NCBI GenBank assembly: GCA_977030845.1
Contig: OZ365116.1
Coordinates: 17,391,001-17,424,000, forward strand
DNA length: 33,000 nt
Direction of reading: 5' to 3'
Source: Fimbriosthenelais zetlandica
Taxonomy: Eukaryota
Part shown: positions 1 to 13,700 of the stretch, in pieces
Position numbering within the stretch: the first letter of the stretch is position 1
How the letters are laid out: each line of letters begins with the position of its first letter
Translations under genes and position numbers: made by a program
Notes under the pieces: model-generated
Told to the model about the DNA's origin: nothing
The model's input: the letters and a program-made list of their open reading frames with translations, nothing else
Database searches by the model: none

Positions 1-575
1 CTCTGCCAACAGGTGCTTGACCAGCCCAGAGCATTTAGTCCGAGCTGCTCGCATCTCGGAGCAATAATCGCTGTAATTTGAATGGATCCCCATCTGGGGT
101 AGTTATCTGGCCTTTCCCAGGCACATGTTGTGTCCTGTAAAGCCTATCGGTCATCCGTATAAAGACATGAGGAGAGAAGGCAGCGCCCAATACACACGTC
201 TTATCCACTTCTCTGACTTCCTCCGTTGAATTGGCGTCCAATGAAAGCCAGGGGAAAGTTGTCCCTGTATGCTGTATCTCTCCAAGACTCAAGTAATGGG
301 AAAATATACCCTATATATACCATATAGAACGTATATATAATATAGGGAAAATCCCCTCTCAGTCGACATTTCTGTCCATCTAGATGAATCTAGATTGGTA
401 TAGTGGACCTGTAGTATAGCATGTAATAAGGGAGATGAAAGCGTGTTGTGAATGTCAATGTAGAAGACTAATAAATCACTGAAGCCTTCATCATTCGCAT
501 TGGCAATAATGCAAAGCCCACAGGCAGATCCAAGGAGAAGCTGTGAAATAAAAAGAACGTAATGCCATCCAATAA

Positions 576-896
576 AGAATTAATGACCTCATCAAATAGG
601 TCAATTTCTCAGGGGGTGAAACCCATTAAGGATTGGTTAGTGACCTGTTTTGCAATGACACGATGTTTTCTATCGACTTGAAAGGGTGGGGGAGGGGTGA
701 GAGGAGGACAAACAGAAGACGTCAACATGCCTGACAGGGTCACGGCAGGAGAAGAAAATGTTTTTATAAGAATAATCTTATTTCTTCCCAAAAAAGGAAA
801 GTGTTCTTAATGGGAGAAATCTATCATAAGAGCTCGGAAAATTGCCCAAGAATTGCCAGACAAACTCTAATGGTCCGTTTCGATTTTGATAGAAAT
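576..896 (+). mobile_element. Degenerate DIRS-like retroelement reverse transcriptase relic
   Basis: A single frame from 576 reads RINDLIK*VNFSGGETH*GLVSDLFCNDTMFSIDLKGW...GRRRKCF...LISSQKRKVF...RQTLMVRFDFD. This resembles DIRS RT: R.I.DL..LN.F..MET...V..L...D.M.SIDLK...G..Y.F..LPFGLS.AP.VF...YLDD. G, F, S and VF fall at about the spacing from DLK that I recall for the family. It has three in-frame stops and no intact YLDD. Confidence 0.4.
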
Positions 897-1724
897 AACG
901 ACCGAAAAAAGACAGGGAGATAATTGATATTGAGATTTGTTCTCACCTGTTTTCCATTGTCCCGACTGACGGTGAAGATATTGATGAGGCCAAAACCAGC
1001 GATGCTGGCCATCAACTCGCCACTCTGCCGGAGGTGGGAGCTGATGAGGCCGCCACCTCCACCTCCCTTACTCATCCAGACTACTCCACGTGATCACCTG
1101 GAGGAAAAAGAATAGCCCACCACTGGAGGGCTTTACCCTCCTCTTACTCTTCTCACCAAAGCTCACCCCAGCTGTCACCACCTAGCCAGTACAACTTGCA
1201 GGAGGTGCTCCGGGGGGCAAAACTCTTAAGTGATAAACCAAAGCTTCTCACAACTCCAGAGGTGCTCTCTCCTGTGCTTGTCCTCCTCTCCAGGAGACAA
1301 GGGTCTCTTGATGAATGGCGCTAATCCTCGCTTGATGGATATAAGAAATACCACACTGTGGTATCTCCACCAAGTAAAGTGGTGGATGTTTGTGATGTGC
1401 AGTATATACAGTGCTCCTGGTGTCCTGTTGGGGTCCTCCTACCAAAAGGAGTAGGTAATAAATGGGCTTAATCCAGTGGTGCTGCTGGTGCCTCCAGTGG
1501 AATGCCCGTTTGGCAGGATTGGTGTTTGGGTTTATTTATAATGGAGTAGAAGGCGCGGTTGGGTTTCGGACGATAGGTGAGTAGTGTAGGAAAAGGGCCC
1601 AGTTGTCACGGCACGTGAGAAAAATGTCCTCTGGTATATTGGTGTTGGCGCGTTTCTCTTGCTGGTGTGGCACCAAATGGAGCAGGAGAATGCGCTGAAA
1701 AGGTGGTCAATGTTGGGGATGCGC

Positions 1725-1779
1725 CTCTCTCTCTTCTCACTCTCCCTCTTTCACACACACACACCACACACACTCTCTC
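1725..1779. repeat. Interrupted compound (CT)n/(CA)n microsatellite
   Basis: Directly visible: ctctctctcttctcactctccctctttcacacacacacaccacacacactctctc. Confidence 0.85.
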
Positions 1780-2090
1780 ATGCGTTGGGGACGCAATGCT
1801 GCTGCTCCTGCATCTGCTTCCAGTCCTCCTCCTCCTGCTCTTGGTCCTCTGGAGCAGGCAGTGAGTTTTTCCTCCAGCATGAGCTGCTACCATGGACGCT
1901 GCCACTGGTGGCAGTGCTCATTGGTGTGGTTATGTGAGTGTCGGTGGGTTCCAGCTTGGTCCCCTATCCTCCACCTTCCATCTACTTCCCCCCTCCCTCC
2001 ACACGTCCAGGGTACCAGCTGGTTGTAGCCACAGGCACTCTTTCTCTCAGCTCATTCTTTCCATCCAACATTTTTCAAGCCCTACCTTCA

Positions 2091-2155
2091 TCTCTTCTTT
2101 CCTTACCTTCCCTCCCCTCCTCCCCTTCTCTTTCTCTTCCTCTGTTCTTCTCTTT
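2091..2155 (+). repeat. Polypyrimidine/polypurine tract
   Basis: 63 of 65 bases are C or T on the plus strand, immediately followed by AG (2156-2157). Confidence 0.85.
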
Positions 2156-5100
2156 AGAATTGTAGAACCAGGGTCCGAGCCGCAAGTCATTGAAGCGGTC
2201 CCACGACAGCTACCAACATGGCAAACCACTAGACCTATCACACCAGATAGGTGCAAGACTCTTGTAGCAAGGTCTGCTCTGTTGAGTGTCTCCCAACTGA
2301 CATAGCATGGTCCATTATGAGTATTTGTTGAGTGGAAATTCCCAGCCCTGCCAGCTTCACACTAGATTTCATTACAAGAATGGAGCTGAGAATGATCAGC
2401 CCTGGTAAAAGCCGTAATAAAGGGACCTGGGATAAGCATCACATTTACAGGACACGTTTTAGGAGTTCAGCAAAACATAGCGATTTTTACTCAAAACTGG
2501 ATTTGAGCCAGTTTTTAGAACTCGTTTCCGAGGCAAAGCAAAAAATTTCTTTTGCAAGACAGTTTGGTGTGTTTCAGAGCTTTTAGCCCGCACCTCGCAT
2601 TAAAGAGGGCTCGGTGTGATGGGCAGATTTCACCAGCTTTCACCTAAAGTGCCATGCGTCATTATAGAGCTCAATGGAAGGTGCTAAACCTAGCAGGACA
2701 GGCATACTGATCATCCACGCTCTGTACCACTAAACGTGTGGCTAATGTCAAGTGTTACCTTGAAATAAAACTGACAGATCAACGCCAGCGATCTTTGCAA
2801 TCTCAACTTCAACTTTGTCAAAGCCCAGACAGGATGGGATTGGATTTTTTCTTTTTTTAAGAAGCCTCCGAATAAAATAATTCTAACAGCTCACAGTGAG
2901 GAACATCTAGATGTACTGTAGACACCAAAGTACCAGAATCAAGGAGAAGAGTATCTCCCTTGTACTGCCTGACTATAGTTCAGCAATAACGGTGAACCCA
3001 GGTCAAAGATAGTCATTAGCCATAGGCTGAAAAGACTGCAATTGAGCAATGTACACCTGCTCACATATGAAGGGTCAAGAGAATGATTGCCTTCTGACCT
3101 CATGAAGCAACTGTACCAAATGAAGCATCAAGACTTACTTTTATAAGCTCACTCTAACGGGTGCTTCTTTATATCAGCATCAATGGACCTGCCTGGCTCA
3201 GTGTTATAGAAGCACATGGTATCTTATCCATGCTGATACACTGGGCCTGTTCCTCACATACCTTTACTGTAAGCTGTAATGTATATTTGAATGGTGTCTT
3301 GATGCATGTGTTTTGTGTGCCTTTCATCCACTAGATACATCTGGAGCAAGACTTCCAATATGACCTTTGACCATGGATCCATCATGTTGCGGACATAGAC
3401 ATGAATGGTCTGAAATAGCATGTCAGCCAGGGGAAGTACTGACATGCTTTCTCTATACAGCTGGGTTCAGTATAAAGCTGTGTTGGTATGTGTGTCATTT
3501 AGTGTCTGACTGCTTGTAAGCAGACAGTAAATGTACTGACTATAGAGTAGGATAATGGCTGGGTGACTAATGGCTCCCACGAGAAGCCACCCTTGAGGGC
3601 TTTGGGTTGAAAGTGTCGTTCAACTTAGTACATGGGACACATAGTCACCACAAATCTTTAGAGGAAACCTAATTTGTATATATGGGCAGGGAAACTTTGT
3701 GGCAACACTTGTAGCTTTAATATAAAGGGCTTTTTATACATGTAGGAACGCTCCACTATTTACTGGTTATTGGATAGATTGTATCTTCTATCGTGATTAG
3801 GCGCAGTGATATTCAGCGAATATTCTGGACTCATTCTGAGTTCAAAGAGCCCAGGAAGTTGAGGGAGCTTCCATCGTACCTCAGTATTGTCCTCAGGCTT
3901 GAGTTGCGATACAAAGAAATAGAAAACAGACGCCAAAATGGGATCACCTCAGGGGTCATGACAAGAACAAATGTATTCTGCTTGTACAGGGTCAGAGATT
4001 AGATGAATAAATGATTTCAAATGGGGATTTGGTTAATGCCCTACCAGTCTAACATTACAGGGGTGTGGGTTAGAGGGGATGATACACAAAAGAAAACGTT
4101 CCTGCGGTGTGGTACAGTCCTCCAGGGTGGACTAATTCTGTGTTTGATGGATGATTGGGGAAGTGCACGGGGTCAGCACTATGAATGCTATTCAATCATC
4201 CACTGAATCCTCTAAAGCCGTGCCTCCTCAGTCTCTAACCATCCTATACAAACCTACCACTTGTTTTGTCACTCCTAAAGTTAGCAGAATTATTGAACAT
4301 GTTGTTCTCTATATTTATATGTCCTTTTAGCAAATAGAAGGAGGTAAATTGTACAGCCCAATCCATATTGAAAGAGACATTTGATTAAACTGTATATAGG
4401 CTACTCCAGTAATAAAAATGTATATTGAATTCCTGGCTACTTCTATAAAGTATGGCAATGCATTGAAATGTTTAAACTGGGTATCAAGCTTAGAGCCTCG
4501 GTCGCTATGACCTGCTGTATTCAGAGCAGGACAAATGGTCCTATTAGCAGGCCAGCTTCAGGACTGTTCACAACCAAGTGAAGCAACTCGTGGCTAAATT
4601 GCATTGACAACTGCCACCCTGAACCAAGGGTGTGTGCAACCAATATAATTGTGGGCCAGGAGTGGAAGTTCTCAGTTCAAGGCTTTTGTGCCTGGGCATA
4701 AAACATGCAAATTGGTATATTTTTTTTGTGACTTGGTACAGGCACACGGCCACACCACAACATGTCTATGTGCTTGGCGAGAGGTGTATACCCAGCCGTG
4801 ATTAGACTTGAGATAAACGGCAGCTTGGTAGAAGGAAGGGAAACATCTCTGGTCATACTGTGGCACTGCTTCATGGTAGAATTTATGTCATACCAGCAAG
4901 GGTGGGGGACAAGGCTATAGATAAGACAGAAAAGCCGGAGTATTAGAGCCTGGCCAGGCTCCAATATGGCTTCTACCATGCAGACAGAAGATAAGGTATG
5001 TGCGTGACCATGACCTGTGCACAGAGATAGTCACAAACAGGGGAATTGTTCTCAGATCCTGCCAGGCAAGCATAGAAAAAACCTCTAGATGAGTCAGTGA

Positions 5101-6564
5101 ATGAGGAAGAAGTGAGAATATTGGCATATATGAAGGTCAATATATGGAACCTGTTGCAGCTTAGACGACAGATTCTTTTCATCTCAAGATCATGGCTTAA
5201 GGCCAGATGAGGGGAAACTACCTGGCAATGCTTTTAGAAGTCCACTGCTAAACAGGATTAAATAAGAGATATATGTGCGGCTTGATTTCAGTTATCTATC
5301 CATCAAAGATAAAAAGGTAAAAGGTATTACAACTGAAACAAGGTATGAACATGGAATATCCGCATCAAATTATCTCAATGTGAGAAACTCATTGAGACTC
5401 ATCAAGGCTCAGTAGTCCCTCAGCACAAGCTTCACCCTCCTCTTTTGATATTCACTCTTTAGAAGCTCTTCCACGTTGAGAACAAGATTAATCCATTTCT
5501 AAGAAACAGTCCCACCTTAAATGGTCTGATCATTGTCATTGTCCTCAGAACATGTTTCAGAGAGAAGCAGTGCCTTTCAAGCTTCCGTTCAAATATCGGT
5601 CCTTGATGTGATCAAAGTGTGATGTATGTTGGTAACAGAATAAGAATATTCCAATGTGAAGTATATCGTAGTTTAATGTAGCTCTAATGATCCGTACAGT
5701 ATGGTGTATAATGGTAGAGTGAGGATGAAGATGAGATGATGGAGAACTAGATGTTACTATGATGAAACTAAGATGAGAGTGAACTGAGATACCTGACAGA
5801 GGTGTACACGACCTTATATAGTGGAGCTGGTGATAGAGGGGGAGCATGGCATCCCAACCCCTATCACTTACAATAGGTTACATAAACAATGCTATGATGC
5901 TAATTCCTTAGATCTATGCCATGCTGGCTTCAGGTGTGTGGATTACCACCAGCATGGCATGTCTGTGAAGCAGGGAAGACATACCTTAATAATTGTTATA
6001 TAAACATAGAGTGGGGAAGCTAGGAAAACATAGACAGGTAGATTAATAAACATTACAGAATATGGCGACATGGATTATGATTGAAGGAAGACATAGTGAT
6101 ATTATAACATGCTACAAAGAGATAATTATTAAACCTAGAATAACCATAAAGGAAGATATAAACTGTGACACTGATCCGTGACAAAAGCACATTCAGCACA
6201 TTGCATTCTCTTTATATGAAATCAGTCTACAGGTCTCACGAGATAGCAAATGCTTCTAGAACGAGATCCTGTTTCATTTTCAAGTAACCGAAGCAATTTT
6301 TCTTCTATACTTGTAACTGTTTAGTCCTCCAATGATTCCTATATTGAAAGGAACTTCCGCGCAAGGCCTAATCTGTAGAAGCTAATTAAGTGAAGCATTC
6401 TAAAAGTTAGAAACTGACGTTACAGTGGGTTAAATCAGGATCATGGTTCGGATATTTCATCAATTACTTTATTTAGCGGGATTTTTTCCCGAAGAATTGC
6501 CATACAATATAGAACTGATGGCTGGCAGTTAGGCAGCTTCATCCCGAATATTCCAGACAGAAAG

Positions 6565-6601
6565 AATAATGATTCCATCAAGGAAAATAATGATTCCATC
6601 A
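6565..6601. repeat. 16-bp direct repeat with 21-bp period (small tandem duplication)
   Basis: AATAATGATTCCATCA occurs at 6565-6580 and 6586-6601, separated by AGGAA. Confidence 0.9.
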
Positions 6602-9032
6602 GCAGGTGTATGAAGCCTTAGTTTTGACAATTTGTAATACACATCGCATCTTACACATAGCGGAAATCGATTGTCAGTTGCCCTACACATTTCCATCAGC
6701 TGCAGATATAAAGTCAGCGTGTGGAACTTCCGGATACAGAGCGAGGCAGTGAATGTCTTGGTGTCTTTGGTGGCAGTGGGAAGATGGTCCTATCATGATG
6801 GGTTAATGGACTCAAGATTCTAATTCCTTATTCATGAGGACAGATGGAATACCAGAGTACATACACAGCTGGTGTAGGAAGTAGCTTTATATCATAACAT
6901 GGCGGCTCGGAGTCTGTACCATAAGACCTGCCTACATCACGTGTTTGTGAATTCTCAAGCTCACTATGAATTTTTAATGAGGTGTTGCTGGGTTTAGCAC
7001 CTGATATTAAAGTCCGCAAGCTTTCATTTCCTCCGAGAGACTGAGACGTCACTATCAACCAAAGCATGGGGAATTAAAACAAGGGTGATAGTGGGCACAG
7101 AGTCTGGTACAGGGTCATTGACTAGTCTGAGGAGCAAAGAGTGGACAAACACTCAATGCTGGACATGGGAAGGCCATTCAGACAGAGTTTACAGGGCCTC
7201 TTAAACCAATCACTTCATACAATTAAAGTGCAAGACAGACTCATGATAAAATGAGAGCTTATCCAACTTCCAAATAGCTACATTTATTGTCTTGACAAAT
7301 GCCACCAAATGCTGATGGACTAGAAACGGGAAAGCCAAGCGTTTTAAACGAGTCTCATTCGTGCTTTAACAAAATTACTTCGTTGGAAGTTATTCAATGT
7401 TATTGCAAACAACATTGAGCGCATTGGCAATAAAAACGCTTTTCCTTTTTCAGATGCTCAATTTAGACGATTAAAGGAACTGCCCGGATTTAATTGGTTC
7501 AGAGATTGGGAATTACTCTTTGTTAAATTGGCTTTCCTGATCTCGCTTGAGAAAACATTTGCATCGTAGAAAAATGAACTCAGATTAAAGTTTCTGGCAG
7601 TCCAGGGACAGGTTTTTAACCAAGTTTTCTCCAAGAATACTCCCAACTAGAAATCACAATGTTTCTGTATACTTTTTAGAGCAGGGATCTCAATTGAAGA
7701 GAGAGTCAAGCCTGGGTGGAGTTCTGAGAATTTTACAGGCAGATAATTCTCTGGCCTCATGTTCAGGGACTCATTCTACATACTAAGAAATCTCTGATCG
7801 ATGAGCATCTTCAGACCTGAAGCAATCGATGGATATTTGTCATTGTTGGTGTATTTTTATGGCCCTTTCTGAAGCTCATCAATTGTAGTCACAGTATGAA
7901 CACCTCTGGTAAGTACTGCGACATGTCTGAGACAGGATTATCCTCATAGTAAGAGTTGTCTTACAAGCCACCTCTATTGATTAGATTGCAGTTGGACACA
8001 TTTGACAACATTTAAAACGTCTGTGCTATTCAATGTCAAACGAAGTTTGTACCCCAGGACAAAGGGAAATATCGGCAGAGAGCGAGAGCTTATACTCAGT
8101 GCTCCATACAATTAGTACATGTGGCCACTTCTTGCCATGAGGTGGTTTGCAGCAGCCACATGAAATATTAATATCTAGCTGTACCTAAAACGTCTCTGGC
8201 TTATTTTGTGTATTAACCCACAAATGTCAGAGTGACCATGATTTAGGTCTTTGATGGGGATGTACTTCACGTAGGGACACCGGGAGTTGGACAGTGATGT
8301 ATGATTTAGACAGTCTGGCGTCATGCATTCACAAACCCCGCAACTCATGACTGTCGTTTTTAATGAACAATTCAGAGGCTTCACACTGAGAAGCAAAGTC
8401 CTGGAATAGCTGGTAAACATTGGTGAAATATGAAAGCCATAAAAGTAGGAAAGTTATATGGTACTGCCTCCATTACTTTCTCACAGTGCCTTTATGTGTT
8501 CCCATTTGGATTAGGTTCCCTTTCACTTTTTTAACTAATCTGAACTAAAGAAAAAGGAATTTCTGATGAGACACAATGTAAAGCTTCCAATCTCGCACGT
8601 GATTCAAAAATGAGAAATGAATCTAATGGAGGGAAAATAGTGAAAACATAGGCGGGGTTTCCAGGAACTGACTGACAATAAGGAGGAAGGAACAAAGGAG
8701 AGAGAGACAATAGGTGCTCGGATAAAGAATATTCTAATTGAGAGAATTGATGAAGAACGACAAAGGAATGAAATAAGAGTAAGTTTTACAGAGTCTTGTG
8801 CACCTTTTTTGCTCTCAATAAGATGTATGCATATCCAGATGAGATTTTTATCGTATTGTTAAACTATAAATGGGCGTTTTTAACGCAGTTTTAAAGGACA
8901 TTGCAGGCTAGATGATCTTTAATAATCATTAAAAGCAAAGATTATACCATCTATATAACATCCTAAGGACATTAAAGACGTATGCCCATTCGCCAGTCTG
9001 CAATAACAAAGTATGTTAAATGCGTTTGGCTG

Positions 9033-9330
9033 GATTGCTTGCTAATGCATACACTGAGGACTCTCTAGCATAGCCATTGTCATGACTTTCACATCAATAG
9101 TGCTACAGCTAAGAACACAATGAGAATGCCATCATTGAGCGACCCCTCGCAGTTCGTTCAGAGTTGCACCAGGCTTGTTGAGGAGAGGAGCAGCTCCATG
9201 GCTTGGTTTAGAGATGCTCGGTAGGCACTCTGGTGGACAATCTTCACAAGTAGTATCCAGCATTGAAGGTTCTATTTTGTCAGGTTTCCACTAGATGGAA
9301 TACTGCAATAAGCGGGGAAGCCCAGAGGTA
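9033..9330 (+). mobile_element. Possible hAT transposase trace
   Basis: QVSTRWNT (9281-9304) resembles the hAT D(V)xTRWNS motif. About 250 nt upstream, in another frame, DCLLMHTL is loosely like CxAHxL. Support is only short motifs. Confidence 0.22.
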
Positions 9331-12300
9331 GTTTCTGCCTTCACCATTTATACTCCCATAGGATTAGAATATTTGATAATTATATGCATCCTCATACTCA
9401 GTCATTTTAGATGACAGAGGGAAAAAATGTATCTATAGATAAATTAAAAGAAGACAGTATTGGAGCTGTTGGGAAGGAAGCAGGAGATTCTTAGATGGCT
9501 AAGATGCTATGGTGAATGATGGGAGGGGAGATTGATACTGATAAAGAAGTGAGTGATCTAGGTTCTTGGACAGGATTGATGAGATCAATTTAGGAGATAG
9601 TAATCTTGATTTGCCCAGTGCTCAACTGATGAAGACGATGCAGGAACCGCCACTACATACACCAGCACAATGTGCAGAAGTGCTGACCTCTCGTGTGGAA
9701 AAGCTGAAGGCCTCACCTCCAGCATGAGATGCTTGAAGGATCGATGTTACAGTAACAGTGGCGACAATCAATGAATGACAAGATGATTGTATTGTAAAAA
9801 CACAGTCAATATAAACCATCAATTTCTCCACTCATTTCCAATATTATTATTGGAGCTTTTCATTTTTACATGTAGCAATATTGATTCATATTGGATTGGC
9901 AAATAAAAACATACATATTCAGTGAGGTTTCCGGGTAAATACCTTATTGAAACATAAATAGCGAGGTAGTTCTCACTGAACAACTGATTAAACACAGCAC
10001 TGAACAGGGATGAAGGGAACGTCACATATCATCCTTTCCATGTATTTTCCCTACAACAATTATAGAAACTATAATTACTTCTCAGGCAGTTCTTATAGAT
10101 ATATGCTTTCTTTTCATCAACAGGGAAGACTATTATTAAATCAATTTCCTTCATGACAATAGAGGAAATATTCCTGAATACAGATTTCTTGGATGGGTTT
10201 CTCAGTTGGATCAAATTCATAAAAGTTATTGTATTGCCCGAAGTAAGAAGAGAGTATGGATACAACATTTATTATTGGATATAGGTGACACCCAATCCTT
10301 TTATGGGCGAATCTTTAAAGAGCAAATAATACACTCGGAGCAGCAGGCACAGTTCGTGACAGAGAAATGATTTTTACCCATTAATTTTACCAGTACTTAC
10401 ATAGAAATACTATACGCTTCACTCGAGTTGTAAATATCAAAATAAATAGCTGTTCCTGTTCGTTTTTATCCAACCTGTCCATTAACTCTGCATATTATAT
10501 TTGTATACGTTGGGTAGCGAAGAGAAGGAGTACACATGTATGGTGTGTAGTAGTAGTTTTACCTGTTCATATGAAGACATGCCATGTAGTCTCTCATGCA
10601 CGCTATTGCTCCCATTCTCTACCGATGAATATATTTTATGAATCTAACTTCATTCATGAAAAATGAATGATGACCGAAATATTCCTGGTTCTACATTCAA
10701 ATCACCTGGAAAGGTCTGAGTTTGAACACACACTATCTAAGTCAACTATAGAAACTCCACCTGTTCCTCCCTTCTCAACCATTTCAGAGCAACTTGTATC
10801 TATGACAAATTGGCAATGGCAAAGGAGCTTCTAACAAGGGTTGTCTACTGCTGGCAATGCTAACAGTAGTACTTCTGATATGGTACTGGAATAACGCTAA
10901 CATAAGTGAGACTTGAGTGTGTAAAGCCTGCCCTCTAAAGGGCCACATATGCTGCACTTTGAGGAAATTGAAGGTAGAGCAGCGCAGTCGATAGAGCGGG
11001 TAATGGAGAGGGTGGTCCAGCTGACCCAGGGTCAGGTGGAGAGGATTGTAAGGCCCACAGAGACAGATTGCTCACCTCCAGCTACACCATGACCCCGAGT
11101 GGGAGCACTTCATGAGATGTATTTGGAGCTCTGGAGGCTTTAATTTATCAGGGACTGACCAGGAGTGGTAGCTGTGGGTTGTGAACAGAATAGTCCAATG
11201 AACCTGGTCTACTAATATTGACAGCAATCTGTGGTTGGAGCAGAGGCAAGGAAGTCATAGAGAGAATGAATGGTGGTCTTTATAAAAGGCCCGGTATGCT
11301 GGGGCAGGAGCGGTATTAAATGTGGGTGAATGGAGGGCAAGAAGGGCAGGCAGAGAACAGAGGACATACTTTTGATCCTATCAGCATGTGAAGGAATGAC
11401 AGATGCCGGTTGATGTTTGCATGATTCTGAGACCGGGAGAAAAGCTTATATATTGTCCTGCTAAGGTCACTTAGTAAAGCTCACAGTCTCAGGTGAGGAT
11501 GGCCGGGTCAGGAAGGACAATGGCATGGAAGGCGCCCTGACACCGGCAGACAATCTGCTATGGCTTAGCTGACATTGTCCAGGGAATTGCCTGGCAGGCC
11601 TCGCTAAAACTTCTACCGCCAACATCCTTTATATATCAAAGACATCTGCCTGACTCTCAAGACTTTTGCACAATATAGCTCTTAGCGTTAATTCCTGACT
11701 TTTTGAATGCTTCAAGTTGAGCCTAATGGAATAAAGGAGGACAATTTTTGGCGCCAATGAGAGGCTGCCTGACCTAGTTGTTCCAGTGTCGAGAGTGCAG
11801 ATCTAAAATTGCTATCGATTCCAACCTTCATCTTCTATTAATTAGAGAAAAAAAAGGTGGAACTGTACTTCAATGCACAATGTTCCAACACAGACACCAA
11901 TGTGTAGAATTTTTGGATAGAATTGTGGAAGTTGCACCCCCATACGAGAAGGTATATCTTCTGAAAGTGTGGTTATTATGAAAAGCTATGATTTGTTAGA
12001 GGTAGACCGAGGGATTATGTCTGGGCAAGTGCAAATTGGCAGCGACCCCTATTGGCAATTGTCTGATGCCAAATATACCTGTCTTAACTAGAAGCAGGAG
12101 GCAATCAAGCATAACCAACCCTGAGGTTTCAAAGTACAGAGGTGAGTGACTCCTTGATTAAGGTAAAAACACGCCTTGCAGGGTGAGAAGCAATCAAAGG
12201 CATTGCCAGAATTAAGATCCACAAAAAATTCCTGTTTTGCCTCAGAAAAAGCTCAAAATAGCCACAGTGGAGAATCGATCCCGAAAACTGGATGCTTGTA

Positions 12301-13329
12301 ACTGAGGATGTTGTTTAATCACAAGAGTCTCTGTCAAAAGGACCCATCAATATTCATAATGAAAGTGTTCTTTGATATTACAAAAGCTCTGAGATGCAGG
12401 GGATGGAATTAAATAGTACTTCCAAAAGTGGCTCCCCTCTGAGTACATCCTTCATTTAGGCTCCTAACAGTCAATGAATTATTGACTTTGCTTATTTGGC
12501 CTGCATCTCAGATGAAGGCATGTAATTGTCTGCAAAACACAACATGGCCCTCCACATCTTCCATTCAGTTGGACAAAAATACTCTTTGCTCATTCATGAA
12601 TAATGCTAAGTTTTGATAAAGTTCCCAGCTGTTTTAAGTGTGGAAATCGCTATTAGCTCAATGTCAACAAATTTGTATGTCTTAGCTCAATGTCTACTAA
12701 TTTTGATGTGTGTTTTAATTATCAAAAACTGAAAAACCGGCAATGACACTGACCAAACCAGGATGGATTTCAATAAGGGAACATCTCACCCATACCATCG
12801 TAATAAACTGAGAATCGCAAGTATATTTTTTTCTATCTGGCGTCTAGAGCTATTCGTCTGGGTTCGACTTGGGTGCAAATAATGGAGGATCTGCAAAGGC
12901 AATGCATTCCAGCGATGCTGATTAGATTACTAGGTCCACAAGGAGTGGAACTGAGATGTCTTTATGTATAATTAATCCATCTATCATCCACCACTCATTG
13001 CCATGAGGACTGATGGATTCTGTGTGTATGCATGCATGGTAGAACATGCGTCATGTACATCTTTTTCTGCCTGATTAACTTCCCAGACAGTGTCAGGTAG
13101 TTGAAGGCTCGGATGTTGATCGCATGTGATCTAATAGGTCAAAGTTGTAAAAATTGCGTGGTTAAATCTATTCAAGGCGTACTAGTTTATATAGGCCATT
13201 ACTGAAATTACTTCTGACATTTTCCCTCGCTTCATCCTGATTTAATTGAACAATTCCAAACTTTAAACACAATGCTTTCTAATCAAGGAATGCAACTGGA
13301 GGAGATCTAGAGTTGATAACAGTGCACGT

Positions 13330-13700
13330 TGGATGAGGCAGCTGCTGGCTGATGTATAAGGTGTATGTGACTCACACATGGTGAATACTTTCTCCAGGTG
13401 AAGGCCTCGTCAAGTAGACGAGGAGTGATGAGTCAGGCTTTATTGGTATTCATTGGCAACATGATAGCTTCCATCCATGTACACACGCCATTTCCCATGC
13501 CTATTATTTCAGGGATACCACTCCGATCCTTCCCTCTTGCTGCACATTTTTCAGCAATAGTTCATGGTTGGCAATAACATATTGGGCAGTCAGTAAGGGA
13601 TTGTCCCTGAGGTATCCCCCAGGAAACTGAACTGAAAACTGACTCTAGAAATGACTGTCAAAATGTCTTGGGAAAGTATATAGTAATGATCGACTCAGAA
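13330..13700 (-). mobile_element. Possible second LINE RT relic
   Basis: One frame gives SVSWGIPQG (13621-13604 for WGIPQG), then WMEAIMLPMNTNKA*LI (like WM..N.L.LN..KT.LI), then LLDEAFTWRKY (like LD..LTW..H). The order is right, but no YADD is visible and spacings are shorter than canonical. Confidence 0.3.

Noticed and set aside
35-292. Minus-strand 85-aa ORF as a retroviral-type protease remnant (ITTPDGDP)
   Set aside because: There is no D(S/T)G catalytic motif, and the resemblance is limited to a few residues.
1604-2302. Possible solo LTR bounded by TGTCA...TGACA
   Set aside because: The flanks do not form a target-site duplication (CCAGT versus TAGCA), there is no second copy, and the PBS/PPT is not convincing.
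1606-2305. Cluster of overlapping ORFs on both strands
   Set aside because: They arise from stop-poor low-complexity CT/CA/CTG-rich sequence, and the translations are compositionally biased with no domain signal.
9819-10268. Vague LTR-RT-like wording in adjacent minus-strand ORFs (AVFNQLF...AIYV)
   Set aside because: There is no LPFG or YxDD motif, so the similarity is too diffuse to support. Similar weak KAFD/QGSV-like strings near 23.7-24.1 kb and 26.0-26.2 kb were dropped for the same reason.
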